From Planctomycetota bacterium (GTDB lineage: Bacteria; Planctomycetota; Planctomycetia; JALXBF01), in the NCBI GenBank assembly GCA_026991575.1, contig JALXBF010000049.1, positions 52,369 through 72,368 on the forward strand: DNA of 20,000 nt, in the 5' to 3' direction. The position numbers and the translations under genes were made by a program. Below are positions 9,890-18,417 of the stretch, piece after piece. The notes beneath the pieces were generated by a model, which did no database searches, was not told the origin of the DNA, and worked only from the letters and a program-made list of their open reading frames with translations. Every line of letters begins with the position of its first letter. The stretch's first letter is position 1.

Positions 9890-9970
9890 GATCGCCTCCA
9901 GGCGGCGGTCGTAGCAACCGGCGTGCCGCACCGATACGATGAAAGAAGCACGCCGAGCGAGGCCTACGGA

Positions 9971-10828
9971 ATGCTACGTTTCGCGCTAGCTCAGATCGCG
10001 CCACGACTGGCACGCCTCCAGGAGAACCTGGCCCTGCACGTAGAGCTCGTGCAGCAGGCATTCGCCGCCGGGGCCGAAGTTGTCGTGTTCCCGGAACTGT
10101 CGCTTACAGGCTATTTCCTGCGGGATCTGGTTCCGGAGGTGGCGCTGCGGCGCGATGCGGCCCAGTTGGCAAAACTGGCCAGCCTGACCCGCGAAAAGGG
10201 GATGCTCGCCTTTGGGTTCGTGGAGGAAACCCCCGATTACCGCTACTTCAACGCGGTGGCAGTCTGCTGGCAAGGTTGCTTGCAGGGCGTTCATCGTAAG
10301 ATCTACCTGCCCACCTACGGTATGTTCGACGAACAGCGTTACTGGGCGGCTGGCCGATGCCTGCGCACTTTTGACTCCCCCTACGGCAAGATTGGCGTAC
10401 TGATCTGTGAGGATGTCTGGCACCTGAGCCTTGTCGTATTGCTGGCGGCCCATGAGGTTGACTATGCCTTCTTCGTGGCCAACTCGCCGTTTCGTGGCCC
10501 GAGCAGCCCGGAGCCAGACCCGCAGCGTACCTGGCACGTGCTGAACGCGTGCGCGGCCATGCACCTGGCTGCGCCGGTGGCGTTCGTCAACCGAGCAGGC
10601 TGCGAGGAAGGGGTGATTTTTTGGGGCGGAAGCGAGTTTCTTAACCCGGACGGCACACTCCGTGCTCGGGCCGATCTGATCGATGAACAGCTGCTGATTG
10701 TGGAATACGATCCGCGGCAGACACGGCAGTACCGGATCAGCACGCCGCTACGCCGGGACGAAAACCTGTTATTGACGTACCACGAACTTCAGAACCTGCT
10801 GGAACGACGGCACAGTGGCATCCGATGA
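9971..10828 (+). CDS. Carbon-nitrogen hydrolase (nitrilase fold), probable glutaminase subunit of NAD+ synthetase
   Basis: Catalytic triad motifs FPELSLTGY, HRKIYLPTYGMFDEQRY, LICEDVW; ATGA overlap with nadE. Start ATG 9971 (GTG 9923 is an alternative). Confidence 0.88.
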   Translation: MLRFALAQIAPRLARLQENLALHVELVQQAFAAGAEVVVFPELSLTGYFLRDLVPEVALRRDAAQLAKLASLTREKGMLAFGFVEETPDYRYFNAVAVCWQGCLQGVHRKIYLPTYGMFDEQRYWAAGRCLRTFDSPYGKIGVLICEDVWHLSLVVLLAAHEVDYAFFVANSPFRGPSSPEPDPQRTWHVLNACAAMHLAAPVAFVNRAGCEEGVIFWGGSEFLNPDGTLRARADLIDEQLLIVEYDPRQTRQYRISTPLRRDENLLLTYHELQNLLERRHSGIR

Positions 10829-11727
10829 GCACGACGCCGGCACAGACAAGAACGAAGGACCGTTTTCCGGTCCGCTTGATCACGGCCGATGCGCGAGCCG
10901 CAGCGGAGAAGCTGTTGCAGATCGACTGTCCGCTGGTCGCTCGCGTGCTCGAGCGATTCGTGCGTGACGAGGTGCTTCGCGCCGGGTTTCACCGTGTGAT
11001 CGTTGGGCTGTCGGGCGGGGTCGATTCGTCGCTGTCGGCGTACGTGGCTGTCCGGGCCCTTGGTCGGGAGAACGTCATCGGTGTGCGGATGCCATACCGG
11101 ACCTCCAGTGTCGAATCGCTCGCTCATGCCCAGCTTGTGGCCGACGACCTCGGGATCCGGCTCTTGACGGTACCGATCACCGCCCAGATCGATGCCTACT
11201 TTGCCCAGTTTCCCGACGCCGATCGCCTCCGCCGCGCCAACAAGATGGCGCGCGAACGCATGACCATCCTTTACGACCTGTCCATGGCCCACCACGCACT
11301 GGTGCTGGGCACGTCCAACAAGACGGAGCTGCTGCTGGGTTACGGTACGCAGTACGGCGACATGGCTTGCGCGCTCAACCCGCTGGGCGACCTGTATAAG
11401 TCGCAGGTCTGGCTGCTGGCCCGCTGGATTGGGGTCCCGGAGGTCATCGTACACAAGCCGCCAACGGCGGACCTGTGGATCGGTCAGACCGACGAAGCGG
11501 AACTTGGCCTGCGTTACCGCGACGTAGACCGGCTGCTGGTGCTGATGATCGACGCCCGCTGGACCAAGTCGATGCTGATTGAGGGGGGCTTCGCGCCAGA
11601 GTTCATCGAGGATGTGGCCGAACGGGTGCGACGGAGCCAGTACAAGCGGACGCTGCCCCTGTTTGCTAAGGTGTCGCATCGGACGATTGCCCGCGACTTC
11701 CGCTATTCCCGCGACTGGGGTACCTAG
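10825..11727 (+). CDS. nadE: NAD+ synthetase (synthetase subunit)
   Basis: GLSGGVDSS PP-loop, NKMARERM, LGTSNKTE, GYGTQYGD, NPLGDLYK, KPPTADLW, QTDEAELG, SQYKR. Confidence 0.96.
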   Translation: MSTTPAQTRTKDRFPVRLITADARAAAEKLLQIDCPLVARVLERFVRDEVLRAGFHRVIVGLSGGVDSSLSAYVAVRALGRENVIGVRMPYRTSSVESLAHAQLVADDLGIRLLTVPITAQIDAYFAQFPDADRLRRANKMARERMTILYDLSMAHHALVLGTSNKTELLLGYGTQYGDMACALNPLGDLYKSQVWLLARWIGVPEVIVHKPPTADLWIGQTDEAELGLRYRDVDRLLVLMIDARWTKSMLIEGGFAPEFIEDVAERVRRSQYKRTLPLFAKVSHRTIARDFRYSRDWGT

Positions 11728-11807
11728 CAGAGCCAGGGGGGAGCGAGCGGGACGATAGCGGCCGCGAGCGGCCACGCAGCCCGTCAGCTCACCGGCACGC
11801 CGAACCC

Positions 11808-11836
11808 TAAACGGGCGAACCCGCCGGGGCCGATAC
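11808..11836 (+). promoter_or_regulatory. Candidate sigma28 (FliA)-type promoter upstream of the HD-GYP-like gene
   Basis: TAAA (11808-11811) - 17 nt - GCCGATAC (11829-11836) in an intergenic region; consensus is TAAA-N15-GCCGATAA, so the spacer is longer than canonical. Confidence 0.45.
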
Positions 11837-11905
11837 AGCAAAAGAGGGGCAGTCTGTCTCTGTCCCGCACGACGTCCGCAGCATGCACAGCCAAAGGGGA
11901 CGCAT

Positions 11906-13105
11906 ATGGATCGGCAACAGGGCGGGATACCGAGGGAGCCCCAGCGGACCTATCGTCTGGACCAGCCCGAACCTGCACCGCGGCCCACGGTGATTCGTTA
12001 CGCCGCCCTGGAGCGTGCCCGAGCCCGGGCGAAGGCCGCTCGCACGTCGGCATCCGAGCAGCGGTGTGGACTATGGCACGCACCGGAAGGGACTAGCCAG
12101 CCATCGGTGGCCGTGGCGTCGCAGTATGCGCTGCGGTTACGGCGTGCGCTGGCTAGCTTGCGGCGGCTGGCAGCCGCGCCGGTGCTTCAGGAGCGCGGTG
12201 CCGAGCAGCTGGTAGGGGCAATTGGCGAAGCAGCTTCGCTAGCGGAGACAGCCACCGAGGAGCTCGCGCGACGTCGCATCAGTAACCCCCCACAGCGCCG
12301 GATCGCCGCGTTGGTGGCCGCCGTGGAGGACAGGGCAGCTGAGGTTGCCGCCCGTGTGCAGGCGGCTGAGGCGATGCGACAGGCGGCGCTGGAATACGAG
12401 CTTATCCTCGATTGGTTCGTGCGGGTGGGTGGCATTGCCTGGTCCAAGCTGACCCAGGTCTGCCAGCTCATTCACAGCGCCGCGGAACACTGGCCCGAGC
12501 CGATGTTGGTTCGCAGTAGACTGCCGCGGGCTACCTGGCAGATCGCTGCCACAGCGGTCAGCGCCGCGCGGATTGTGTTGGAGATCTGCCGCGATCAGCC
12601 AACGCTCAAGGAGCTGGCCGAATGGGGCGTGCAAGCCGCGCTGCTGGCCGATGTCGGCTGCCTCCGCCTGTGTGACAGTGATTACTGCGTGCCACTGGAT
12701 GCAGTGGCCCGCTTCGAGACGCACCCGATCCGCAGTGCGGAGATTGCCCGCGGGCTCCGCTCTGTCGCTGCTCCGGTCGTACGCGCCATCCGAGAGCATC
12801 ACGAAGCGCTGGACGGTTCAGGCTTTCCGCACGGCAAGCGTGGCTCCGAGCTCAGCGTGCTCGGCCAACTGACCGCGGTGGCACTCACCTACGTGGAGCA
12901 GCTCATGGCCACCACGACCACCGCGGGGGTCGTCGCGCAGGCCGTGCATGAGCAGGTGCTCAACGCGCTGCGTGCGGCGGCAGCCCGGGGAAGATTGAAC
13001 CGGCAACTCATCGCTTTGGCCCCCCGGACACCGCCACTGGTCATCGAACTCGTCCCGTGCCTAGACGACCCGGACGGCTGCAACCGTCTCCGTGCCGCCG
13101 CCTAA
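11906..13105 (+). CDS. Degenerate HD-GYP domain protein with helical N-terminus
   Basis: AAAGGGGA RBS; ALLADVG (HD replaced by AD), THPIRSAEI, EHHEALDGSGFPHG (HHExxDGxGYP-like), GQLTAVALTY. Confidence 0.75.
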   Translation: MDRQQGGIPREPQRTYRLDQPEPAPRPTVIRYAALERARARAKAARTSASEQRCGLWHAPEGTSQPSVAVASQYALRLRRALASLRRLAAAPVLQERGAEQLVGAIGEAASLAETATEELARRRISNPPQRRIAALVAAVEDRAAEVAARVQAAEAMRQAALEYELILDWFVRVGGIAWSKLTQVCQLIHSAAEHWPEPMLVRSRLPRATWQIAATAVSAARIVLEICRDQPTLKELAEWGVQAALLADVGCLRLCDSDYCVPLDAVARFETHPIRSAEIARGLRSVAAPVVRAIREHHEALDGSGFPHGKRGSELSVLGQLTAVALTYVEQLMATTTTAGVVAQAVHEQVLNALRAAAARGRLNRQLIALAPRTPPLVIELVPCLDDPDGCNRLRAAA

Positions 13106-14628
13106 TCGGCTGATACTTGCCGTGAAGCGATTCCGTACCGCCGCATGCGGCGATAGAGCGTCGAAGGCGAAATACCCAGCAGCCTGGCAGCCTGCCGCCG
13201 ATTCCCTCCGGCGCGCTCCAGCGCTTCAATCAGCCTGGCACGCTCGTCTAATGGCTGTGCTCGACCGGGTTCGATAGCCGCCAGTACAAGCTCTGCGGTC
13301 AGGGTCCCCTCAGTCGCCTGCGCGCAGGCACGGGAGATCACATTCCGCAGTTCGCGCGCGTTTCCGGGCCACGATCGGCTTCGCAGCGCATCGAAAACGG
13401 CAGGCTCAACGCCACGGACATCGGCCCGGTACTTCTGATTGAAGCGGCTGACGAAGTACCACGTCAGCGGCTCAATCAACTCCGGCCACTCCCTCAAGGA
13501 CGGCACTTCGATACGGACCAGGGCCAGCGTTGCAAGCAACTGCCGGAAATCTCCCGACACGGTCGTTCTCGGTTCGGAGCCCATGGTCGTGATCAGCCGC
13601 ACGTTGGGGAAGCCTCCCGATGCGCGGGCATTGCCCCAGTGAGCCTCCTCGTACGACCTCACCAGCCAGGCAAGCCAACGATGGGGAAACATCTCGGCCC
13701 GGTGCAACACAATCGTGCCGCGTCGGCATGCGTGCACGGCACGGACGAGTGTATCAACCAGTTCGTCGTCCTGGCCGACGTCGACCGGTTCGCTCGGAAC
13801 CTCGGTCAATCGGTCAGCCAGCGACGGTCCGAGGTAGACGACCTCGATCGGCTGAGCTGCCCGGAGGCTCCACAGATGCAGCAACCGTGCGACCAGGCGC
13901 TTCCCCGTGCCGCTTTCGCCGACAACCGCCACTGGCACATCGGTGCTAGCCACACGAGCCACCTGCTGAAGCAGTTCCTGACCGCGTGGCCGCGGCGCCA
14001 GCAGCAGCGGTGCGCTGCGGTAATAGCGCGCGAACAGCTCCAACTCCTCGACCGTGCCCAGTTCGACGACCATGTTCGCCGGCACACCGCTGCGCAGGGG
14101 CACGGCCAGTACGGGCTGGCCCAGCGGGCGCCGGCCGTCACCACGTTGTCTGGCCGTGTCCCCAAGGAACTGGTCCAGCTCGGCAAGGCGGCGCGCAGTC
14201 GGTCCGGGCTGGTTCTTGTCGCAGTCGTCGCTACGGCGGATCTCGACCACGGTGAAGGGCCCAACGGGGTAGCCGATGCCGATGCAATGAGCGGCCAGCG
14301 GGCGGAACGACTCGTCCTGCCGGGATGTCGGCTCGCGCCGAGAATCGCCCGTATCCGCCCCGACCAACCGGAACGCATCACGTGGCCGGTGCGGCAGCCG
14401 GAGCCGGCCAAGTGCCAGTTCGATCGGCAAATCGGTTACTTCCGGCGCGCCGATGCCCGTCAGGCGTTCGGCCGCGTCGTTCCACGCCAGCACCACGTTG
14501 GCGGCATCGACCAGCGCGAGCGGACTGTCCAGCAGGGAGACCAGCCGGACGAGCTCGGCGCGCAGCGCCGCCTGTCGTGGATCCTCCTCCGACGGCTGCC
14601 ACTGTTGGAGTGAAGTTGGGTCGGCCAT
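13102..14628 (-). CDS. PAS - sigma54-activator-type AAA+ - Fis HTH transcriptional regulator (degenerate)
   Basis: GGAGG RBS; PAS-like SPLALVDAANVVLAWNDAAERLTG, Walker A GESGTGK, SWPGNARELRNVI, HTH ALERAGGNRRQAARLLGISPSTLYRRM. Confidence 0.88.
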   Translation of the reverse strand: MADPTSLQQWQPSEEDPRQAALRAELVRLVSLLDSPLALVDAANVVLAWNDAAERLTGIGAPEVTDLPIELALGRLRLPHRPRDAFRLVGADTGDSRREPTSRQDESFRPLAAHCIGIGYPVGPFTVVEIRRSDDCDKNQPGPTARRLAELDQFLGDTARQRGDGRRPLGQPVLAVPLRSGVPANMVVELGTVEELELFARYYRSAPLLLAPRPRGQELLQQVARVASTDVPVAVVGESGTGKRLVARLLHLWSLRAAQPIEVVYLGPSLADRLTEVPSEPVDVGQDDELVDTLVRAVHACRRGTIVLHRAEMFPHRWLAWLVRSYEEAHWGNARASGGFPNVRLITTMGSEPRTTVSGDFRQLLATLALVRIEVPSLREWPELIEPLTWYFVSRFNQKYRADVRGVEPAVFDALRSRSWPGNARELRNVISRACAQATEGTLTAELVLAAIEPGRAQPLDERARLIEALERAGGNRRQAARLLGISPSTLYRRMRRYGIASRQVSAD

Positions 14629-14649
14629 GACGCCTCCATGATGCAGTCG

Positions 14650-15063
14650 CTAACGGTTGCGATAGGCCGACCGTGCGGCATCTTCCGCACGCAGCCGGTC
14701 CAGCTTTGCACGCACCTGTTGCCTGGCTCGCAGCGCCTGTTCCCGAAGCAGGTCATTGAGGCTCATGAGGCGACCGATGAGCTCCTGGACACGCTCCAGT
14801 GCCTCCTGCAGCCGCGGGCCCGGCTTGGCAGGTCCCAGCGCGTGCCACCGCGCACGCGCGGCCTGCAGCGTCAGGTCGATCTCTGCAGCCTGGGTTACCA
14901 GTTGTTGTTGACGTTCGAGCAGAGCGAGGATCGCCTCCGGTTCTTCGGTCGCCTCACCGGCCAACCAGGCTTCCAACAACTCAATGGCCCGAGCGTAGCA
15001 CTCGGCCTGGGCCTCGTAGCCCTCGGCAATCACCTCTTCCAGTGCCAGGCGGTCGTCGCTCAC
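14650..15063 (-). CDS. Small all-helical protein, FlgN/FliT-like flagellar export chaperone candidate
   Basis: 137 aa, helical/coiled-coil pattern, LLERQQQLVTQ segment, C-terminal ARSAYR as often seen in FlgN/FliT-like proteins; AAGGAGG RBS, GTGA overlap with upstream gene; flagellin context. Confidence 0.55.
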   Translation of the reverse strand: MSDDRLALEEVIAEGYEAQAECYARAIELLEAWLAGEATEEPEAILALLERQQQLVTQAAEIDLTLQAARARWHALGPAKPGPRLQEALERVQELIGRLMSLNDLLREQALRARQQVRAKLDRLRAEDAARSAYRNR

Positions 15064-15959
15064 TGGGTCGACTCCTCCTTGCGCTCAGCCTCCCGGCCGG
15101 CCGTCAGCTGGCGGAGCTGCTCGCTAACCTGGCGCCGCCACTGGAGCGATTCAAGCTGCCAGCGGCAGGATTCGCGCAGTTCTGGATCCGTCGCCGCCGA
15201 AGCTAACTCCCGGTAGATCCGGGCCGCGGCATCCATGTCGCCGAGCCTCTTCCAGCAGAGCGCCTGCTCGTACTGCAGCCAGTGCCATTGCTCGGCACTG
15301 ACCGCATCACGGGGAATAGCCCGGTACAGCCGAAGCGCCTCGCGGTACTGGCCCCCCTTTAGCAGCGACCGGGCTGCTTTGATCAGGTCCACCGGCTTCT
15401 CCAGCAGAGGGATCGACTCGATCGACTTGCTGCGTGCGCGCTCGGTCGACGAAGGCTGTCGCACCAGCTCCTGCCGCGGCTCCTGAACTCGATTGCGCCG
15501 TTGCAACGCTGGGTCCGTCCCCTCGGGCCAGGGCGGTGGCGGTGGCAGCTCCGCAGTTGGCGTTGGCGCTGGGTCAATCGACGCGGGGGGTGTCAGTGTG
15601 GTCGCCGATTCCCGATCCTGGGCAGCTCGTGGCTCCCCACGGCCGCTGGCCGGATCCCCCGACGGACCGGCCGCCGATTCCGCTCTGTGACGCGGCGCCA
15701 GCGACGGCGGCGTCGGCGGAACTGCCGGGGATCGTCGCTGCTGCATCATCTGGTTGATCTGTTTGAGCTTCTGCTGGATCCGTTCCAGCAGTTCGCGGTT
15801 GGGGTTTTCGTCCGGGACCGCTCGGGCCGGGTCGCCACCGGCGGGCTCCTCGGCGCCGGTCACCGCACCGATCGGTACGCCGGTCGCCGCCGCGAGCCCG
15901 ACAAGCACCGTGGCCGCCAACCGATTTCGAGGACGTCTCCAGGGAAACCACCGATACAT
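15060..15959 (-). CDS. Exported TPR-containing protein (signal peptide, coiled coil, Pro-rich linker, C-terminal TPR-like helices)
   Basis: Basic N-region plus hydrophobic LAATVLVGLAAA; RELLERIQQKLKQINQMMQ coiled coil; TPR-like AARSLLKGGQYREALRLY and YEQALCWKRLGDMDAAARIY. Confidence 0.75.
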   Translation of the reverse strand: MYRWFPWRRPRNRLAATVLVGLAAATGVPIGAVTGAEEPAGGDPARAVPDENPNRELLERIQQKLKQINQMMQQRRSPAVPPTPPSLAPRHRAESAAGPSGDPASGRGEPRAAQDRESATTLTPPASIDPAPTPTAELPPPPPWPEGTDPALQRRNRVQEPRQELVRQPSSTERARSKSIESIPLLEKPVDLIKAARSLLKGGQYREALRLYRAIPRDAVSAEQWHWLQYEQALCWKRLGDMDAAARIYRELASAATDPELRESCRWQLESLQWRRQVSEQLRQLTAGREAERKEESTQ

Positions 15960-15982
15960 CGGTTCGCCTCACTGCGGATCGG

Positions 15983-18088
15983 TTACTCCAGCGGCAGGCG
16001 GCCCATGAAGCAGAGAGCCGCCCGCTGGTGATCACCGGATCGTCGATATGCCTCCCCCATGATGCCCAGCAACCGCCGAATCGTCTCCTCGTCCCTGGCG
16101 TCGTTGAGTGCTGCACGGGCCGTGGCGATTGCCTTCGCGTAGTTGCCGTCCTCAAGGTACAGCACTGCCTGCTGCACCTTGGCAGCCACGAGCCCGGACT
16201 CGCCAGCGTGGCTCGACTGCGCAAAGAGATGCTCGAGGGCCAGCCGGTACTTGCCACGGTCGCGGTAGTACTCCACCAGCCGCTGGTGGATCAGATCTGC
16301 CAGACGGCCTGGCCATAGCACGTCGATGTGCTTTTCGTAGAGGTCACGCATCAGGTCTTCCAGTCCAAGGCGTCGGGCGGCGTCACCGGCGAGGAAAATC
16401 CCGGGGGTGCCGAGGTGGCGAAAATCGGGCATCTCCACGACAGAAGCCAGCAGTTCGGTTCGCAGGTAGCGGTCCGGATCAGTTGTCTGGACGTATTCGG
16501 TGTAGGCATGCAGGAAGCGGTACAGAGGGGTCCAGGGGACCGAGCGAAGCAGCCGGCGTTCCCGCTTAAGCGTCTGCTGGGCTGCGGCGGCATTCTCGTC
16601 GAACAAATACGCCATGGCCAGCCACAATGCCGACAGCGCTCGCTGGCGGCGGTCAGGAGCAGTCAGCAGCGCGCGGCGGCATTCGGAGACCGCGTTGGGC
16701 CACTGGCCGCGATTCAAGTGCGTCCTGCCCAGCAGCTGATGGGCACGTGAGGCGATGGCGCTGCCCGGGGCGGCATCAACTACGAAATACAGCCGCTTGG
16801 TCGCAGCGGGATAATCGCGTTGCAACAGCGAGACGATCGCCGCGTTGAAGGCGGCTGCAATGACGGCCGGCTTGTAACTGTCCTCTTCCAGGGCCCGTTC
16901 GAAGGCAGCCAGCGCCTGTGCGTGCTGTTGATATGCCAGGTACAGCAGGCCGAGTTGGAGGTAGGCCACCGAGAGGGCCGGATGGTTGGGCAGCCAGACG
17001 TTGGCTTCGCGCGTCAACCGCTCGGCCAGACTCATCCGCCATGTTGAGCGGGCGTCACCGGTCAGCTCCTCGGTGGTCCGGATGGTCAAGCGACTGTCCT
17101 GGTCGGCGGTCCAGCTCAGTCCAAGCCGCACGGAGAGGTATCCGAGTAGTTGGCTGAGCAGCGCCTGGCGGACGTGCACGCGAAAGCGATGTTCACGGAT
17201 CCGCTCGGCAGCGGCTGCTGTGAGCTGGATCGTTACCCCCCCTTCCCGAGCAGTGGCTTCCAGTAGTTCCTGCACGGGGATTTGCCGCTGGAAGATATCG
17301 ATCCGCAAATCGGCCGCGCCCGCGCCGAGGCGCTCGACCTGGAAGAACTCGTCCGCCGGGCTCTGTACACTGGGGCGGCCGGTGGCCAGCAGCACGGGCT
17401 GGATCCATCGCAGCGAGTAGGCCGGGATCCACTCCGGCTCGGCAGCAGCCGTCTTCAGGAGCGGATCTCCCCCGAGGGCGGTAGCCAGTTGGTCCGCGGC
17501 CGGCCGGCTCGCTGCCAGCGCCAACAGGTAACGTGCCTCATGCACGACCGGGTGATCGCCCAGCTCGCCGGACTGCTGCAGCAGCACGTCCACGGCTGCC
17601 TGGACCGATTGGTCCACCATGCCCATGCGGAGCCAGCAGCGCGCCTGGCTGATCAACAGCACTGCGGCTGCCGTTGGGTCCGTGACCTCGGCGCGGAGTG
17701 CCGCGTAGCGTGTTTCGGCGCCGGGATAGTCGCCCAAAGCCTCCGTACATACGGCGGCGCGGTACATCGCGGTGATGCGCACGCCGCGGGCCGAGAGGCG
17801 AGCGATCTCATCGTAGCTCTGACGGGCCTCTTCCCAGCGCCCCTCGGACGCCAGCCGGTCGGCTGAACCCAGATCGAGCAGTTTGGTTGGCTGGACGGGT
17901 TCTGGGGGCGGAGCCTTTGTTTTCAGCTCGGCTGTCGGCGGGGGCACCGCGGCAGGGGTCAACGGCGAAGGTTGCGGCCGGCGTACCGCCTGCCGGCCGA
18001 GCAAGACCGCCACAGTCACCAGTAGCCCGAGCTGCAGGCCCAGGTAGACACCGCGAGCTACCTTTGTGAGGGCAAGTTGCCTGGCCAT
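15983..18088 (-). CDS. Large membrane-anchored tetratricopeptide repeat protein (701 aa)
   Basis: Probable start ATG 18088 (MARQLALTKVARGVYLGLQLGLLVTVAVLLG, TM/signal anchor), Pro-rich linker, many TPR-like repeats (AYLQLGLLYLAYQQHAQALAAFERAL; GIMGEAYRRSGDHQRAA). Confidence 0.82.
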   Translation of the reverse strand: MARQLALTKVARGVYLGLQLGLLVTVAVLLGRQAVRRPQPSPLTPAAVPPPTAELKTKAPPPEPVQPTKLLDLGSADRLASEGRWEEARQSYDEIARLSARGVRITAMYRAAVCTEALGDYPGAETRYAALRAEVTDPTAAAVLLISQARCWLRMGMVDQSVQAAVDVLLQQSGELGDHPVVHEARYLLALAASRPAADQLATALGGDPLLKTAAAEPEWIPAYSLRWIQPVLLATGRPSVQSPADEFFQVERLGAGAADLRIDIFQRQIPVQELLEATAREGGVTIQLTAAAAERIREHRFRVHVRQALLSQLLGYLSVRLGLSWTADQDSRLTIRTTEELTGDARSTWRMSLAERLTREANVWLPNHPALSVAYLQLGLLYLAYQQHAQALAAFERALEEDSYKPAVIAAAFNAAIVSLLQRDYPAATKRLYFVVDAAPGSAIASRAHQLLGRTHLNRGQWPNAVSECRRALLTAPDRRQRALSALWLAMAYLFDENAAAAQQTLKRERRLLRSVPWTPLYRFLHAYTEYVQTTDPDRYLRTELLASVVEMPDFRHLGTPGIFLAGDAARRLGLEDLMRDLYEKHIDVLWPGRLADLIHQRLVEYYRDRGKYRLALEHLFAQSSHAGESGLVAAKVQQAVLYLEDGNYAKAIATARAALNDARDEETIRRLLGIMGEAYRRSGDHQRAALCFMGRLPLE

Positions 18089-18260
18089 CGCTTCAGGAGA
18101 TGACGTCCTTGAACGGAACTTCGCCGCCAGCGGCCCTACAAGCCGCAAAACTGGTACCGGCCTTAAGCTTTGTCGGCTCGGTGCTGCCGTTGACTTCAAG
18201 AAAAGTCGTGAGCGTGGGCCCCCGCGTAGCAAAAGCCATTCCAGAAGGCAGCGAGCAGCC

Positions 18261-18417
18261 GTCGAAGATTGGGACGGAATTCGACGAAACCCAGCGATCA
18301 CGGACGGCTGGTCAGCGCAAGGAAGCGGGCCAATGGGCAAGAGCAGTCGGACCTTGCGCGGTGGGACGGTCCTGCCGGCAGGCCGACATGCGAGGTAGTG
18401 GCGCAGAACCGGAGGTT
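18261..18417 (+). promoter_or_regulatory. Structured flagellin leader with GGA-loop hairpins (putative CsrA sites) and Shine-Dalgarno
   Basis: ACGGA 18274-18278 and 18300-18304 within stems, CGC-AAGGAA-GCG 18316-18327, AACC-GGA-GGTT 18407-18417 overlapping SD GGAGG. Confidence 0.55.

Noticed and set aside
10789..11841. 350-aa minus-strand ORF
   Set aside because: Antisense shadow of nadE.
13639..14613. 324-aa plus-strand ORF
   Set aside because: Antisense shadow of the AAA+ regulator.
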